Shown piece by piece: positions 25,529 to 39,015 of a DNA stretch of 64,000 nucleotides. The stretch's first letter is position 1. Each line of letters starts with the position of its first letter. The position numbers and the translations under genes are program-made. The notes under the pieces are model-generated. The model was given only the letters and a program-made list of their open reading frames with translations, did no database searches and had not been told where the DNA came from. Location of the stretch: positions 124,001 to 188,000 of the forward strand of contig CBFFRP010000410.1 in the NCBI GenBank assembly GCA_965644295.1. The letters run 5' to 3'. This DNA is from Paraphysomonas bandaiensis. Lineage: Eukaryota > Protista > Chrysophyceae.

Positions 25529-28500
25529 CTAGTAGCAGCAGGTAAACCATGGGCAAAACGGTTGCTTTTGTTCAATAATGGTGGTCGTCCCTCCTTCGTT
25601 CGGGTCTGCACTAGAACTCTCGAGAAACATTCGCTGACTTGAAGTTAAACCGCCATTTTTGACTGCCATTGCTAGTTCATGTATAGTGGCACGTTGAGTA
25701 AACATGAACTCATCTGGGAACTCACAATAAAACCTGTCCAGTTCAGATATATGAAGTCAAGCATATAGTAGTAACACAAACTCGATATATTAACAGAGTA
25801 TACACTACAAGATGCTAGGAACTACAGATGTATACCTGTTTTCTATAACGCCCTTGAACTGAACAATAGACATTGAATCAAGTCCCATCGAGGCCATCGA
25901 AGTGCCGCGGTCAACTGGTACCGCTAGTGGCCCAGTTGGCCCACTGGAAGAAATCTGCATGAGCTTCTCTTCCAAACGCCCCTCAATCTCCTCAATAGTC
26001 AAAGAGCGAATCTCGTCAGCAGAGGAGGTCTGCTGTACCAGTCCTGCATCACAGAAGCGATCACTGCCGTAAAAGACAAAAAATATACGCAAAGGTTCAC
26101 CATCGATTTCCAAGTTGCCATCCTGGGCCACGGAAGTATTATCTTCTCCAATTGCCTTCCCATTATTCACAGCACTATCCTCCACATTTATTGTTGACTC
26201 TCCACCTGACATACCATTACAATCCCATTAAAAGTGATATCCACGCATAATAAGGTGCCGAGTTTCATTTTTACGTAAAGTAGCCAATAAATAATGAACA
26301 AATTGGGAATAACCTGTTTCATAGTTTGTGTTCTGTTGGCCTGGTGGTGCCTCCCACTTGGCAAGTATTTGCAGAGATCCCTCCATGTAAGCTCTCCTGC
26401 ACCATGTCCTGGCTATTTTCCCAGAAGTTGTTTTGGGTACAGTGCGCGATTTTATAAGAACTACACATTGAAGAGCAACCCCATGGTCGGAAGATACACT
26501 ATAACGTACAGCCTCCAGAATAGAGTTGAGTTGATCTGCACTTGCTCCGTCTCGAACCTGATACATTAGTCATGATTGAATTTTCATACATTTCCTACAG
26601 CTAGATTATACTGATGCGGTACTCAACTACGAACGACAAGTATTTTTCGACAGGTATATTTGACAACTCGTGCTATCACATGTCTAGTCGGAAATAAAAC
26701 TTTACCTCGGCCACATATACCACTCCTTCTGTATGCGCATCATTACTTCCTGACACCGCAAAAGCTGCTGAACAACCTGATGGATTGCAGTCAAAATACG
26801 ACATAAAAAGCACATGATGTTGCCGCATATATATAATCCTAGCGCATGCACTTAGATATGTACTACAATTCGCCAGATTGAAATTCTATGAAACAATTGA
26901 TATTTCCATAAGGGAGAACAAGAGGTGTACTTCAATGCAACATGATATGGACGTGTGACACTGTAGAGCTGTACCTACCCGGTCTTATTTGAGAATTACA
27001 GCTCTCAGCTGTTCGTTCGATATCCTGAGGGTAGTGGTTGCTTCCTCGAACTATAATTAAGTCTTTCAGTCGCCCACATATGAAGAGCTCGTTCCTATGC
27101 ATAAATCCTAAGTCCCCCGTCCTGAGGTACGTGTTGGAATTAGTAGCATGTGTTGGGCTGGCATGAAAATCATGTCGGCTCAGCTCTTGCATATTCCAAT
27201 AACCCATGGCTTTCGAAGGGGAATTAACCCATATCTCACCGATCTAGAAGATCTCAACATCACTGAAGCCATAACATGTAAATACCCAACCCTTACATAC
27301 CTTATCGTCAGCGAGAATATCGCCTGTGTCGGGATCCACAATCAGTAGATCGACATCTTGCCCCTTGGATGGATATCCACAACCAACAATCTCGGCCGTA
27401 GGCACATCTTTCTTCACCTCCGGTTCTGCTACCAACCCTTCTTTATCTGAAGGTGCTTCAACAGCATCACAGTACCCTTTCGACTCACCAGTGGGTGTAG
27501 AGTTGTCACTGTTGGGGAACTGCATGTGTTCATGGACAACATGGACCGACCTGCCTTCCAGAGACTCCTTCTCGACAATGAGCCTCTGTTTCCCTCCTAA
27601 ATCAGCAAGTCAGATGCATACGAAGACTATACAACAAAAACTTCTTGTCTTGCCAATACAGTGTCTGTCGACAACTTATATTCATGCAATTCAGTTACCT
27701 GAACAGACAAACACCGTGTGTTCTGCAAGTCCGTATGTGGGATATATCACACCAGGAGACAGCCCAAAACCAGCAAATACGTTACAAAATTGATCTAGTG
27801 CCACGGCATCAACGGGCTCCGCGGCATTGATCATATGACGAACAGAAGACAAATCAAGATCGGTAATAGGCGGAGAAGCTTCTTTGAACTTTCTAGTAAC
27901 CAAGGCAAATGCAAAATTTGGCGCCTGGTAGAGGTAGAGTTATTTATGTACTATTACATATTTTCAAATGTTGAGACGCACTAGTGGGACAATCACAATC
28001 CATTCACAACCCACGGTACAAACTGCAGCGCGCCGTGAAAATCAAGGTCACAATTATACCTGCGTATGCGACGCCTTGTAAATAGATAAGGCCCGGACCC
28101 ACTGTGTAGGGTCCTTTAAAAAAGATATAGGGGAGAGATAATAACCGCTGCCACCGCAGTAAGCACACCCGAGATAGGAGCCTAAAAGTGAAATCACGAA
28201 TACAAACAAGGTTGCCGTGGTGGGTATATTTACCTATAAGTCCCATCTAGATAGAAATAAACTTAGAAAACAACTTTCAATACATAAATACGAAATGTAA
28301 ATCTACGTATCAGTCTATCCTAACCGATGGTATAGCATATGTGAACTATTGCAATATTCACGTGCAAACAAGGCATTTACAACATCACTCACATCATGAT
28401 ACTGGGGCAACCAAGACACGCATACAGTCTCCGGTGTAGTCTCCAGCTCCTGTGCGATGAGCATTTCATTATGAGCCAGATTGTTATGCGATATCATAAC

Positions 28501-29297
28501 TCCTTTGGGCTCAGAAGTAGAGCCAGATGTGTACTGAAGAAATGCAGTGTCATCACCCCGAACAACATGAGACACAGCAGGGTGGGATGTTGCCTGCTTG
28601 GCTTTCGAAATCACATTGTCAATAGTGATCCATCTGTGAGCGTGTTATCTTACATTGTACAAATATCATAATACACAGTGAGCATGTTGTAGCAGCTAGT
28701 GAAATGTAACAGCAAGATTCATTCTGCAACATAAAACTTACTTTAAATCTGGCCATGTATACTCCCCCTTTGAAGAGAAGATGTTTTTAATATCCGCTAC
28801 TCGCTTGGCAAAATTATACATCGTGTGTGTTAGTGCAATATTAGCCCCACTATTGGATTGTATAGAAATGAAATGATGTAGATCCTTCTTTTGCTTTCTT
28901 GGATCGGGAGGGAAAACAGGTACAGCGATCACACCAGCTTTGAAGCATGCTACTAAGGATATCATAAAGTGCAACCCTGGAAAGAAAACAAGCATCGCAC
29001 GATCTCCTGGTTGCAAACCACAATCACATGTGAGATGCACTGCTAATGTAGATGTAATCCTCTCTAGCTCCTATATACATAACCCTATATAACTATACAC
29101 ATATCATACAGGAAAACTATCTCACCATATACGTATAAGAGTCAATGGGTTCACTTTTATCATTCAAAAATGTCCAAGCAGTCTACATATAGGCGTTTAG
29201 AGGCATATTATACGTTAGATTAGTAGATATGCACCTTGTTAGGCTGTGAGTTCGCCCATTGGGCTATACGGTCAAGAAACAGTGGCATGTTAGTCAT
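25529..29297 (-). CDS. Fatty acyl-AMP ligase (FAAL) fused to C-terminal acyl carrier protein
   Basis: AFLQYTSGSTSEPKGV, WLPQYHD|MGLIG, YGLAEHT followed by the FAAL-type insertion, YLRTGDLGF, GRLKDLII, PKTTSGKI. ACP motif MGLDSMSIVQF. Ends ...PFCPWFTCCY*. Many short introns. Confidence 0.9.
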
Positions 29298-29778
29298 TAT
29301 TTTGTCCTTGATGTTGTTAATAAGTGATTATTGAATGGTTATTTCTTTGAATGGTAATATAATGACAGTTATGTGTTGCTTAATAGATATGTGGGTTAGT
29401 GCTGGATGTCTCTCTATATATGTGTATATGTCTAGATGTAGAGTTTCTTCAGCGTATTATCTATGACCGGAGTTGACTTTTGGACTTAAATGCTAGATAA
29501 TCCGATTTTTAGATATATTCTTTTGAAAATTAGGATTTTGGTGACTTGGAAAAGTAGAATATTTTATAAATATTGGTTTTGTCTGTTTAGAGAGAAGAAT
29601 ATACCAGATTTCTATAAGGAAATGATATGAAAATCAAAATATCGATGTTTTATGTGTTACATACTGGAAAATCAAGCAGACGGTCTATAAGCGTCTTCTA
29701 AACCTCTCAACTTTAACGACTTTTCAATACAAACTTCATCAATTCACTTCATCATACTTCATACTTCTACCTATAAAA

Positions 29779-32700
29779 ATGTCACAACATTCTTCTATAG
29801 TAACTATATGGATTGAAGATAAACATGATGTATATACCGTAGCAGAAGTAGTACAATCCTCTACATCTTTAACAGCTCATGATATCTTTATATATAAAAT
29901 CCCTAATAGAATCCCTGTTAAAATATTAAAGAATGGTATAACTACATCCGTATTAAGAGATCGTGTCTATTATCTCGATCCATCACATACGGAAGATTCA
30001 TGTGATATGGCATGTTTAGAAAATCTTAATCCGGCATCAGTCTTACACATTCTACGACAAAGATATCTCGCTAGAAGGATATATACACGTGTATTCCCTA
30101 TAATTATATCCATAGGAGCTTATCACATTAATACAAATATACAGACTATTAATACATATAAATCTTTATCATATGAGAATCAACGTGGACATGTTTATCA
30201 TATGATGGATGAAGCACTTGATGGGGTCACTACTAACAGTCAATCGATTATATTATGTGGTGAATCTGGTAGTGGGAAATCATCTGTATGTTATAATCTT
30301 ATTGAATACTTATGTCATCAATCATTACTTACTGATCCTGCCAATATTGATATTCCAACTCTATTACATGATCCGGACTCATGTACCCTTGAAGCCAAAA
30401 TATTATCTGGAGGGTTTATATTAGACATGTTTGGAAATTGTAAAACTTCACTGAATAGAAGCGCAACGAGATACATTAAATACTTACGAGCTTATGTTCA
30501 GGTGACACTTTTCTTTTTAGACATATATGCATTGTGTACTTATACACTGCATTGACAACGAAGTATATCACCGTATTTTGAATTGTGTATCAGACTGTGT
30601 GATTAGTTACCATGAATGAAACATTCTATCACTACTACTGCTACAACGTTTTGATTATATGGGTGTAGGACAAGCGAATTATGTATGCAGAGATCAGCCA
30701 CTTCCTTTTGGAGCGTAGTCGAGTAACTTCACACTCTTACGGGGAATCATCATTTCATGTTTTCTATGCACTTCTTGCGTCCATTACGAAAGGAATTAAT
30801 TCTGTAGATCTGCTTGGATTAGACCCTACGCAGCAATATCAGTATATTCGTCAATTAGATGGCCCCAAAAATCCAGGGCATCTGAATTCGTTATTGGCTG
30901 ATTATAACAATTTGGTCGACTGCATGCATAAGTTTGGTATTTCCGGTGATGTCCTATCGAATTTGTTTCAAGTTCTTTCGGCGATTATATTATTGGGTAA
31001 CGTAGAATTTGTACAGAAAGATGTTGGGTTGAGTGCGAGCGACGCAAGCGCTGACTCTGCAGAGTGTATGCTGTCGCCATCATCTGTGGAGACTGTCGAA
31101 ATACTTTGCAAACTTCTCGGGATACGGAATTTAGAACAGATCCTTACAAGCAAGGCCATACAAGGTGGCAGGTCGTCCGTGTATTTTGTCGGCATGACAG
31201 TGGATCAGGCTGAGAGTAACAAGGACTCCTTTGCTAAAGCTCTTTACTGTAAATTATTTTGCTGGGTTGTTAATAAGGTGAATGAAGGCATGAGATTTTC
31301 TGGTCCCGCAGATGCGTCTTACGGCGAAGATATGTTTAATGTACGATTGCGCTCGAATTCGACTGCTTCGTATGGTTACGTCGGAATACTGGATATGTAC
31401 GGTTTCGAAATGTATGAAAAGAGTCGATTCGAGCAGTTTTGTATAAATTACTGTAATGAAAAAATTCAGCATGTGTTCTATTCGGAAGTATTCTCGCCAC
31501 AGGTAACTCTAATGGTTAATGAAGAGTGTCCACACAAAATATATAAAGGGCTGAATAACCGTGAATGCTTGACACTGCTAGAAGGTGACGATGGGATCTT
31601 GCGATTAATTGATGAACACTGCCTTCTTAGTAGGGCGAATCAAGATGATCAATCCCTTCTAGTTTTGTTTTCAAACCACCACGGGAAAAAGGAAAAGTTT
31701 GGTTGCAGTCTTGTTGGTAAGAAACCTGTGAAGGGTGACACTGTTTTTAAAATCCGTCATTTTGCGTACAGTGTGCCTTATAGTGTAAAAGGCTTTATGC
31801 GTAAAAACTTAGATAGATGTGAATTGGATTCATTTATTCGGACGAGCGTGAATAGCTTCGTGCAGGAGTTGAATACTGTCATTGATGAAGGAAATGAGGA
31901 TGTTACTTCGTCATCCTTATCTCGTGGGAAGCGGATAAAGAAAGCTAAAAGCACTGTGTGTTCCATATATCGCAACCGACTAGCTGTCTTAGTAAACGAA
32001 GTCAATACAACCAGTACGCAGTTTGTTCAATGTATTAAGCCAAACAAGTCCGAATCCTCCAGTAACTTCGACTCAGAGTTTGTTATGCACCAGCTACAAT
32101 ACTGTGGGGTGTTTGATATAATCAAAGTATATGATGAGGGGTATAGCATACGCCTTACCTGGAAAGAGTTGCATGAGGCACTTCTTGAGCTTGATCTCTT
32201 TGACTGCAAGGCCAGGGGAATGAAAGTGAAAGCCACCCTAGCAGAGAGTATTGAAAATATCAAAGCTTTATTCAACCGTAATTTGGACCCTACAATGTGG
32301 TTTGTTGGGGCTTCTGGTTTGGTGTATATGAAGGCGTGTGTGTATGATGAGCTGCACCGAAAGAGAAATTATAATGCTGCTGCAATAATACAAAAGAATT
32401 TCAAGGTGCATTCACTGAACATTTACAGAGAAAAATTGTGCCGAGCACTGCACAGGGTACGGTGGTCAGTATATCGTTATATTTTGCGTGTACGGCGAAT
32501 AAAAACTAGTAGTTATCGACATCGGGCTATCAAAGAAAAGTCATATCTATTGATGCGTTGGCGTCTAAAAGCACGGCTGCGCCTCCATAAATATCAGAAA
32601 ATACTTAAATTCATTCTCTTCAAGCCTATTTGGAAAAGCCGCATTCGACTGCTTATTCGTTCCCAAAGAATTTTGTCTCAGTTTCTGAAATCGCGGCTGC

Positions 32701-35228
32701 AAAGACTGCGGTATAGAAAGGTACGACATTTGGCTGTGGTGTTACAGAAGCACGCCCGAGGAATGCATACGAGAAGGTTTATGTTACATCAAATAGAGAT
32801 AGTAAAAGCGAAGATGCACCAGGTGCTGTGCCGAAAAGCTGCACATAGAATTTATAGGTAAGGAATGCTAGAGTAGTTGATGTATAATTTTTGCATTTCA
32901 CACTGTGTTGTGACTGGACATTTGCTTTTAGTGCCTATCGCAATTTTGTTCTTAGAAATTGGGTGGAGAAAGCATTTACTGCTATTCGTTGGGATGATGT
33001 GCTAGGGCTACAACATCTGCTTGGACAAACTTTGCAAGGGGTGACGCTAAAGCCTGCTCAAGTTTGTCTTCGTTGTGACCAAGTAATTAACGTTCGAGAT
33101 GCTTCAAGTGGGTATACATCACTTCTACACATGGCGGTTGACATTGAGAATATTGACATGGTTGAGGTTAGTGTATGCACCTGCACATATTACGACGATG
33201 TACCTATTTTGTACCAATTGGTACTGGCGTATACGAAATGAGTTTGTGTACTCCTACTCATTGATTGCTAACCTCATATTTTTATACGTCCAGTTACTTC
33301 TTCAGTGTGGTGCTAGTCCCTACTGCCACGACTTCATGGGGCACACTCCGTTGAACAGGTGATAGTTCTTTGGTCGTTGTGCGTAATATTTTAAAGTAAT
33401 ATGGATTGGTCGTAGTATACCTTTGCCTCCAACAACGTTGGTTCATGCACTGTTGTTGTCATTGATCATTTCACATTGCAAAGACGCCCTGGATTACCCT
33501 GATGCCAATGGCTACGTGTTTGATAACTTCGACGATGTGAGTATGTTTTCTTTGCCACCTGTATATTATTTACATACTGTTAACTGAATACGTGATTCTG
33601 AATTGTGCCATATATATTGTTGTTGGCAAAAACGGCAACTCACAAGAACTTGTCTGATGCTACAGTATATTATGAATCCAACGTTTTCGGCTGTTCCTTG
33701 TGAGAATTCGACCCTAGGAAAAGTTCTGGCAGATCATCGTCGATTCAGAAATCGTATGCAGGCTAAAGCTCGCCACAAAGAAGCAATGTATAAAGGTATT
33801 GCCAAATATATAAAGATGCCGCTTTGTTGAGTGTGCAACTTGTAATTAGTTTCCCTTTGAGTACTAGTGGACAAAGTTTTTTTTATCAATTACATCATTC
33901 GTTTCATTTTGTTGTTCCAACTATATGATGTGCATTTACGTTGGATCCACTGTACATTTGACACGTGTCAACAGGAACTACTATTGTGACATTATTTGAT
34001 CCTAATGACTGGGAAAAGACACTACCCGAATGCTGTCCAGTGCCCGAGAGTCCACATATGGACATGCAAACGCTGAGTCAATTGGATATATTACTCCAAC
34101 AAGCGCAGCAATGCAGCGACGAATCTGATGTGGAGCCAGCTGATCCTACTCCAGAAGAAATTAAGGAGAGAGAAGCTCGAGATAAAATCAGGAAGAAGTT
34201 GTTCACATCTACGATGGGTAGTGACACTGCAGTTGAGAACATAGTTCCTCCTCGACGAAGAAAAACTCGTTTAGGAAAGTCGATATTTAGGAGACAGGTG
34301 GAAGAAGAGTCAACATTGAATGAGGAGAATGTCTCTGATGATGAAACCACCGAGTCGAATGTAGTGTTTGTGTCTTATGAAGGAGGCGCAACCTACATAC
34401 CGTTTTCTGCTTTTGAAGCGTTTGTGTCTCGTGAAGGTGGAGCAACGTACATACCATTTTCTTCTTTTTCCAGTGCACCACCTGTCATACGTGAGGCGAA
34501 ATATGACGGGCATAATGCTGATAGTTGTGATCATTCTGTAAAAGATGATGACACTAATATTAGCCCGGTCTCTGATAATGCTGAGTCCATTAGTAGTTTC
34601 GAATCAAGTGCTGAAAAATTTGAAATACCACACTTCAGTGATGGTATCGATAAGTCACACTTGCACAAGTTTTTCTTCAATCAATCGATGAGTCCGAAAT
34701 CGACTGTGGGTACGTCATTCAGCGAATTGGATCGCCGACGGACTGCATCTGCCCCTGAAGTTTATATTACTCCAGCTCGTCGACAAGCTGCTAAAGCATT
34801 GAAAAAGTCGCCTTCTCCAGGAAATGCTGCATCCAAGCCTTCTATGATGGACCTTCTAGCTACCTACCGAGAAAACGCATCCAAACCAGACTGTGGACCT
34901 GATGTTCCACCGATGCCATCAAACCAAAGCTCCGCTGCTGGTGATTTGAAGCCTGTTATACACAAAACGACGCATCCTGAAAAAAAGTGGTCTGTTGAAG
35001 AAGATGTTCAGGTAATAGATGTGTATATTGTACTACAGTATTGCAGTTGATTTTTACATCTTTATTTGATATCTATGTCTTTTATCTTAGTATCGGATGC
35101 TCATTGCTAAAAAGAATACGTTGGAGAAAGATCCTGTTCTCCATTTTATGACCTATTCTAGACTGGCGTCGAATAATTCTTCTCGAAGCAGCCCCAAGAA
35201 AGCTGCTTATGTAAATAAGAAAAAATAG
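29779..35228 (+). CDS. Divergent myosin: motor, IQ-like motifs, ankyrin-like repeat, disordered tail
   Basis: GESGSGKS P-loop, FLLERSRV, ESSFHVFY, GILDMYGFE, FEQFCINYCNEKIQ, FKIRHFA, FVQCIKPN. LQKHARG IQ motif; GYTSLLHMAV...GHTPL ankyrin-like segment. Introns 30502-30668, 32858-32930 and others; TAG at 35226-35228. Confidence 0.9.
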
Positions 35229-35879
35229 CAATTGAAGGTCATAATTATTATAGTTTTAGATTATTGATATAATCAATATATCACTCATTAAAATTGTTTT
35301 TAAAAATTCCTTGGTAACAATAATACTAAGCTTACCATTCACGTGGTTGACTGTGTTCTGAGTAGAATAAGTATTGAAATCACGTAATTTTTAAATTTAC
35401 GGTATACATCGGCTACGTCGTATGCTTGTAATAATAACATGCTTTGAAATGTTCAAAAAGTACCCTCAATCACACATATTATATATGTGATTTAATATAA
35501 GATAACGAATAAATTAAGGTACTAATGACATCTTAGGATTTATACTTTGCACAAAAGTCTATGAGAAATTTATCTAAAAGATATAAGTGTGGTGCTAATT
35601 GCTAATACGTGCTATAGTATTCTTCTTACTATGTAAAGTCCGGATGCTACTTGATCAACTACATCTCGAATATATAATAGACAACACCTCGTAAAGTCTA
35701 TGCGCAATGCATTAGGTTATAATAACTCCTTGTATTAGGTATCATCATATTATCAATATTAATTATATTCATATGCAGAAAGAAATAGCTCTACTAGAAA
35801 ACCAAGCCCAAGAGCTGAACATCAAATAAGTACGAAGCAAACATTTCTCCTTGGGCTATGCTTGCTGATTGAGTGCTAT

Positions 35880-36614
35880 TTATACAATGCACCCAAAATC
35901 TTCAGTGTAGACACCAGATATCGTATCACAGACAGTGAGAATCAAGGTAATACTGCCTACAAGAGTAGGGCATGTAGAGTTCTCTATTTTATCTCTTGCA
36001 ATCATTTCATGGAAAGCAATATACATCATATTAGAGATCTCTTGAGTTTGGCACCAGCAGTGGAGGATACTGCGCTCATAGCTGAAAGCAGGCGAAATTC
36101 CAGCTCTAGCTACGACCAGGCCGTTTAGCTTCTTTTGACACAAACGTACAGCATCTTCCATTTTAAAGTCACTTGCATATGGGTATCCCATAGCTCGTGT
36201 TACTGAAATACCAACCCTTCCCCCAAATATAGTTGCGATGTAGTCAATCTTCTTCCAGTTTGGGAACCAGTACTGAATAGCCATTTCAGTAACAATATCC
36301 TGAGCACCAAACCGACGCACCATATACTCAGCAGATAAGGCTTCTGAGACAACACTGGTGCCACCGGCATTAGGCTCATCAAGGACTTTTTGTGCCTGTG
36401 TACCGACAATCACTTGACTACCAGCTACAAGAGTAAAAGCATCTTGTATAACAGTTACATGATTACTCTCACACTTTACAGCCTTATGAAGCATCATTTC
36501 ACTGTATAATTCAGCACGTATTATAACATCATTATACATATGGCATGCATTGTTTGCATCACCCACCCCTGTGATAAGGGGTGCCTTCATACGACGATTT
36601 GTTAGATCTATCAT
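35880..36614 (-). CDS. AAC4-like protein (restriction-endonuclease-like fold suspected)
   Basis: EPNAGGTSVVSEALS...TEMAIQY...KKIDY...RVGISVTRAM...KKL...ILH matches the AAC-rich mRNA clone AAC4 family pattern. Intronless. Confidence 0.8.
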   Translation of the reverse strand: MIDLTNRRMKAPLITGVGDANNACHMYNDVIIRAELYSEMMLHKAVKCESNHVTVIQDAFTLVAGSQVIVGTQAQKVLDEPNAGGTSVVSEALSAEYMVRRFGAQDIVTEMAIQYWFPNWKKIDYIATIFGGRVGISVTRAMGYPYASDFKMEDAVRLCQKKLNGLVVARAGISPAFSYERSILHCWCQTQEISNMMYIAFHEMIARDKIENSTCPTLVGSITLILTVCDTISGVYTEDFGCIV

Positions 36615-36853
36615 TGTGAGTGGTCATTATTAGAGAGTGCTATAAGGTGAGAACCTCACCAAGTTGTCATTATAACAAGGGTGTAGTATTGATATGGTTA
36701 GTGTAATATGCATGAGTTGATATGGTAATAATTATTGTGCATATTGTAGGTGAGTGTGAATTGTCCGCAACCTCCAGGAACGTTCTTTGAATCTGGAATG
36801 GCCACAGCACAGAAACCTGCAGAAATCTCCTGTACTGCTATACATGTACTCAC

Positions 36854-37102
36854 CTACATACATACATACATACATACATACATACATACGTATATATACA
36901 TACATACATACATACATACATACATACATACATACATACATACATACATACATACATACATACATACATACATACATACATACATACATACATACATACA
37001 TACATACATACATACATACATACATACATACATACATACATACATACATACATACATACATACATACATACATACATACATACATACATACATACATACA
37101 TG
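36854..37102. repeat. (ACAT)n microsatellite
   Basis: Direct observation. Confidence 0.97.
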
Positions 37103-39015
37103 CATTGTAGTATGTACTGCGGGTATTTATATCTAGATATCTCCATGCTGTATCATGTACTCTGCATGTATGTATGATTAAACATATACATATATATATA
37201 GAGGGAGAGGGAGAGGGTTAACATCAGAATGCATCATACATACATACTTAGGATAAACTATGCAGCATATATACCTCTGTATCAGTATCATACCGCAGAG
37301 TGACTGTATCAGTGCTCTGGATTGCGAGTAATGCTCTTAGGGTGAACTGCGCAGGTAACCAACACTGGCTGACGGTGGTGCCCCATCCAGAGCTAGACTT
37401 CCAGCGATTCGCCAGATATGGTAGATAAGAAACTTCTGAGTGTATAGTACACCCTCTATGGTTAAGTGAATGGTGGATGTGGTTGTTGCAAGGCTGCTGC
37501 AGATATGGCCCTGGTAGTAGTTCAGAAGCACCTCTTCCAATGAGGAAGCACCAGTAACTGTGCATGTAATTGCTACTTACCTGTGAATTTGTGCTTCTAA
37601 GTCTCGTTCGACTACATTTTCGAGCATGCATCCACTCAGTTGCTATTACCCCAGTACCCTTCTGTGGTAGGGGTACATCTGTTGTAGACATTATTGCAAT
37701 AATTAATTTGTTGAAAATATATATTGTCATCTAATACACCGTAAAGTACGAACAACCCCTTAGTGTATCCACAATATAGGATCGCAGTGTTTAGTTGTGT
37801 TGTCCTCTACATAATGTGAGTTTTCCTTCGTGATAGGGGTTCATTTGTTGTAGCTATTATTGAAATAGTTAATGTGTTAGACATTATTGTTTTGATTTAA
37901 TATAACAGCAAACAAGGTAATTTAATAGCTGTGCACTCAACGTCTTAAAAATGCATACTCTACACTAATGAAATTTTCAAATTCATTAAACAATGGCTAT
38001 CACTACACCATAAATCTAGCTACCAGCTACACTTCAGCCAAACCACTTACTTCCTACTCCGCACATGAGTTTATTTCTTCCACTGGCTTCAGGATCTTCT
38101 TGCAAGACTTCATATGACAGTGTGTTAATGGAATGTGAATACTATATAAAATGATCATAGGACAGTCCATATTGCCGTTCTACTTGTTGCATAGTGAGTT
38201 ATTGTCCCTTTATCAGAACGTATATATATGTATACAAATATATATAAATATATATATGGTAGTATAAAAAATCTAAATGACCGACACTTCTTTCTTTTTT
38301 GGTTCAACATGAACCAATGAGTTTATCTACTGCTCTCTACTTCAGTGCAACTTGTTAAGTATCCAACCCAAACTAATGTCCTTACGGAATCTATTATCTT
38401 ACAATAGCACTGCCTCACTCTATAGGAACATCAGCAAAATTAAGCAGTGGCGCTTACCAGTGTGTTCCTTTTTGCTAATTACATAATTTCCATCCTCTTA
38501 TATATATTTCAACCCCTTACAGTGCCCGTTTCAGAAGTACCTGTCTAGGGTTGCAACGCAGATATTAAGAAATATTACCGCTGCCTAATATTATTACAGC
38601 TCTTAGATTTAACAAAAATAGCAAATTCTGAATAGAAGAACAAACCATATTATAACAAACCATTGCATTATCATATGAGTTAATACAACCTGCTATCAGA
38701 AATTGACATCTTTGGGCGGTGTAAGGTTTACTTAACTGAACGTAATACGCACTCAATGCTTTAAAAATTGTACTCGATCTCATATTTCATTCATCGTCAT
38801 TCGCCAAATTCATGTTATCTTAACTACCAATCATTTTCATACGATATTACGTAGTCAATATCTTCCTATCATCTCAATAGTTCGTGAAATACTCTTAATC
38901 GCTGCCGTATTTTTTATATAATGGTCGTAAAATTTAAATACCTTAGAACTACAATTTTCAATTGCTATCAAACAGCGAAACTCAACAAAGCACAACATCA
39001 TGGTCATATCTACAC

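Noticed and set aside
37248-37730. 160-aa minus-strand ORF
   Set aside because: No recognisable motifs or consistent splice structure.
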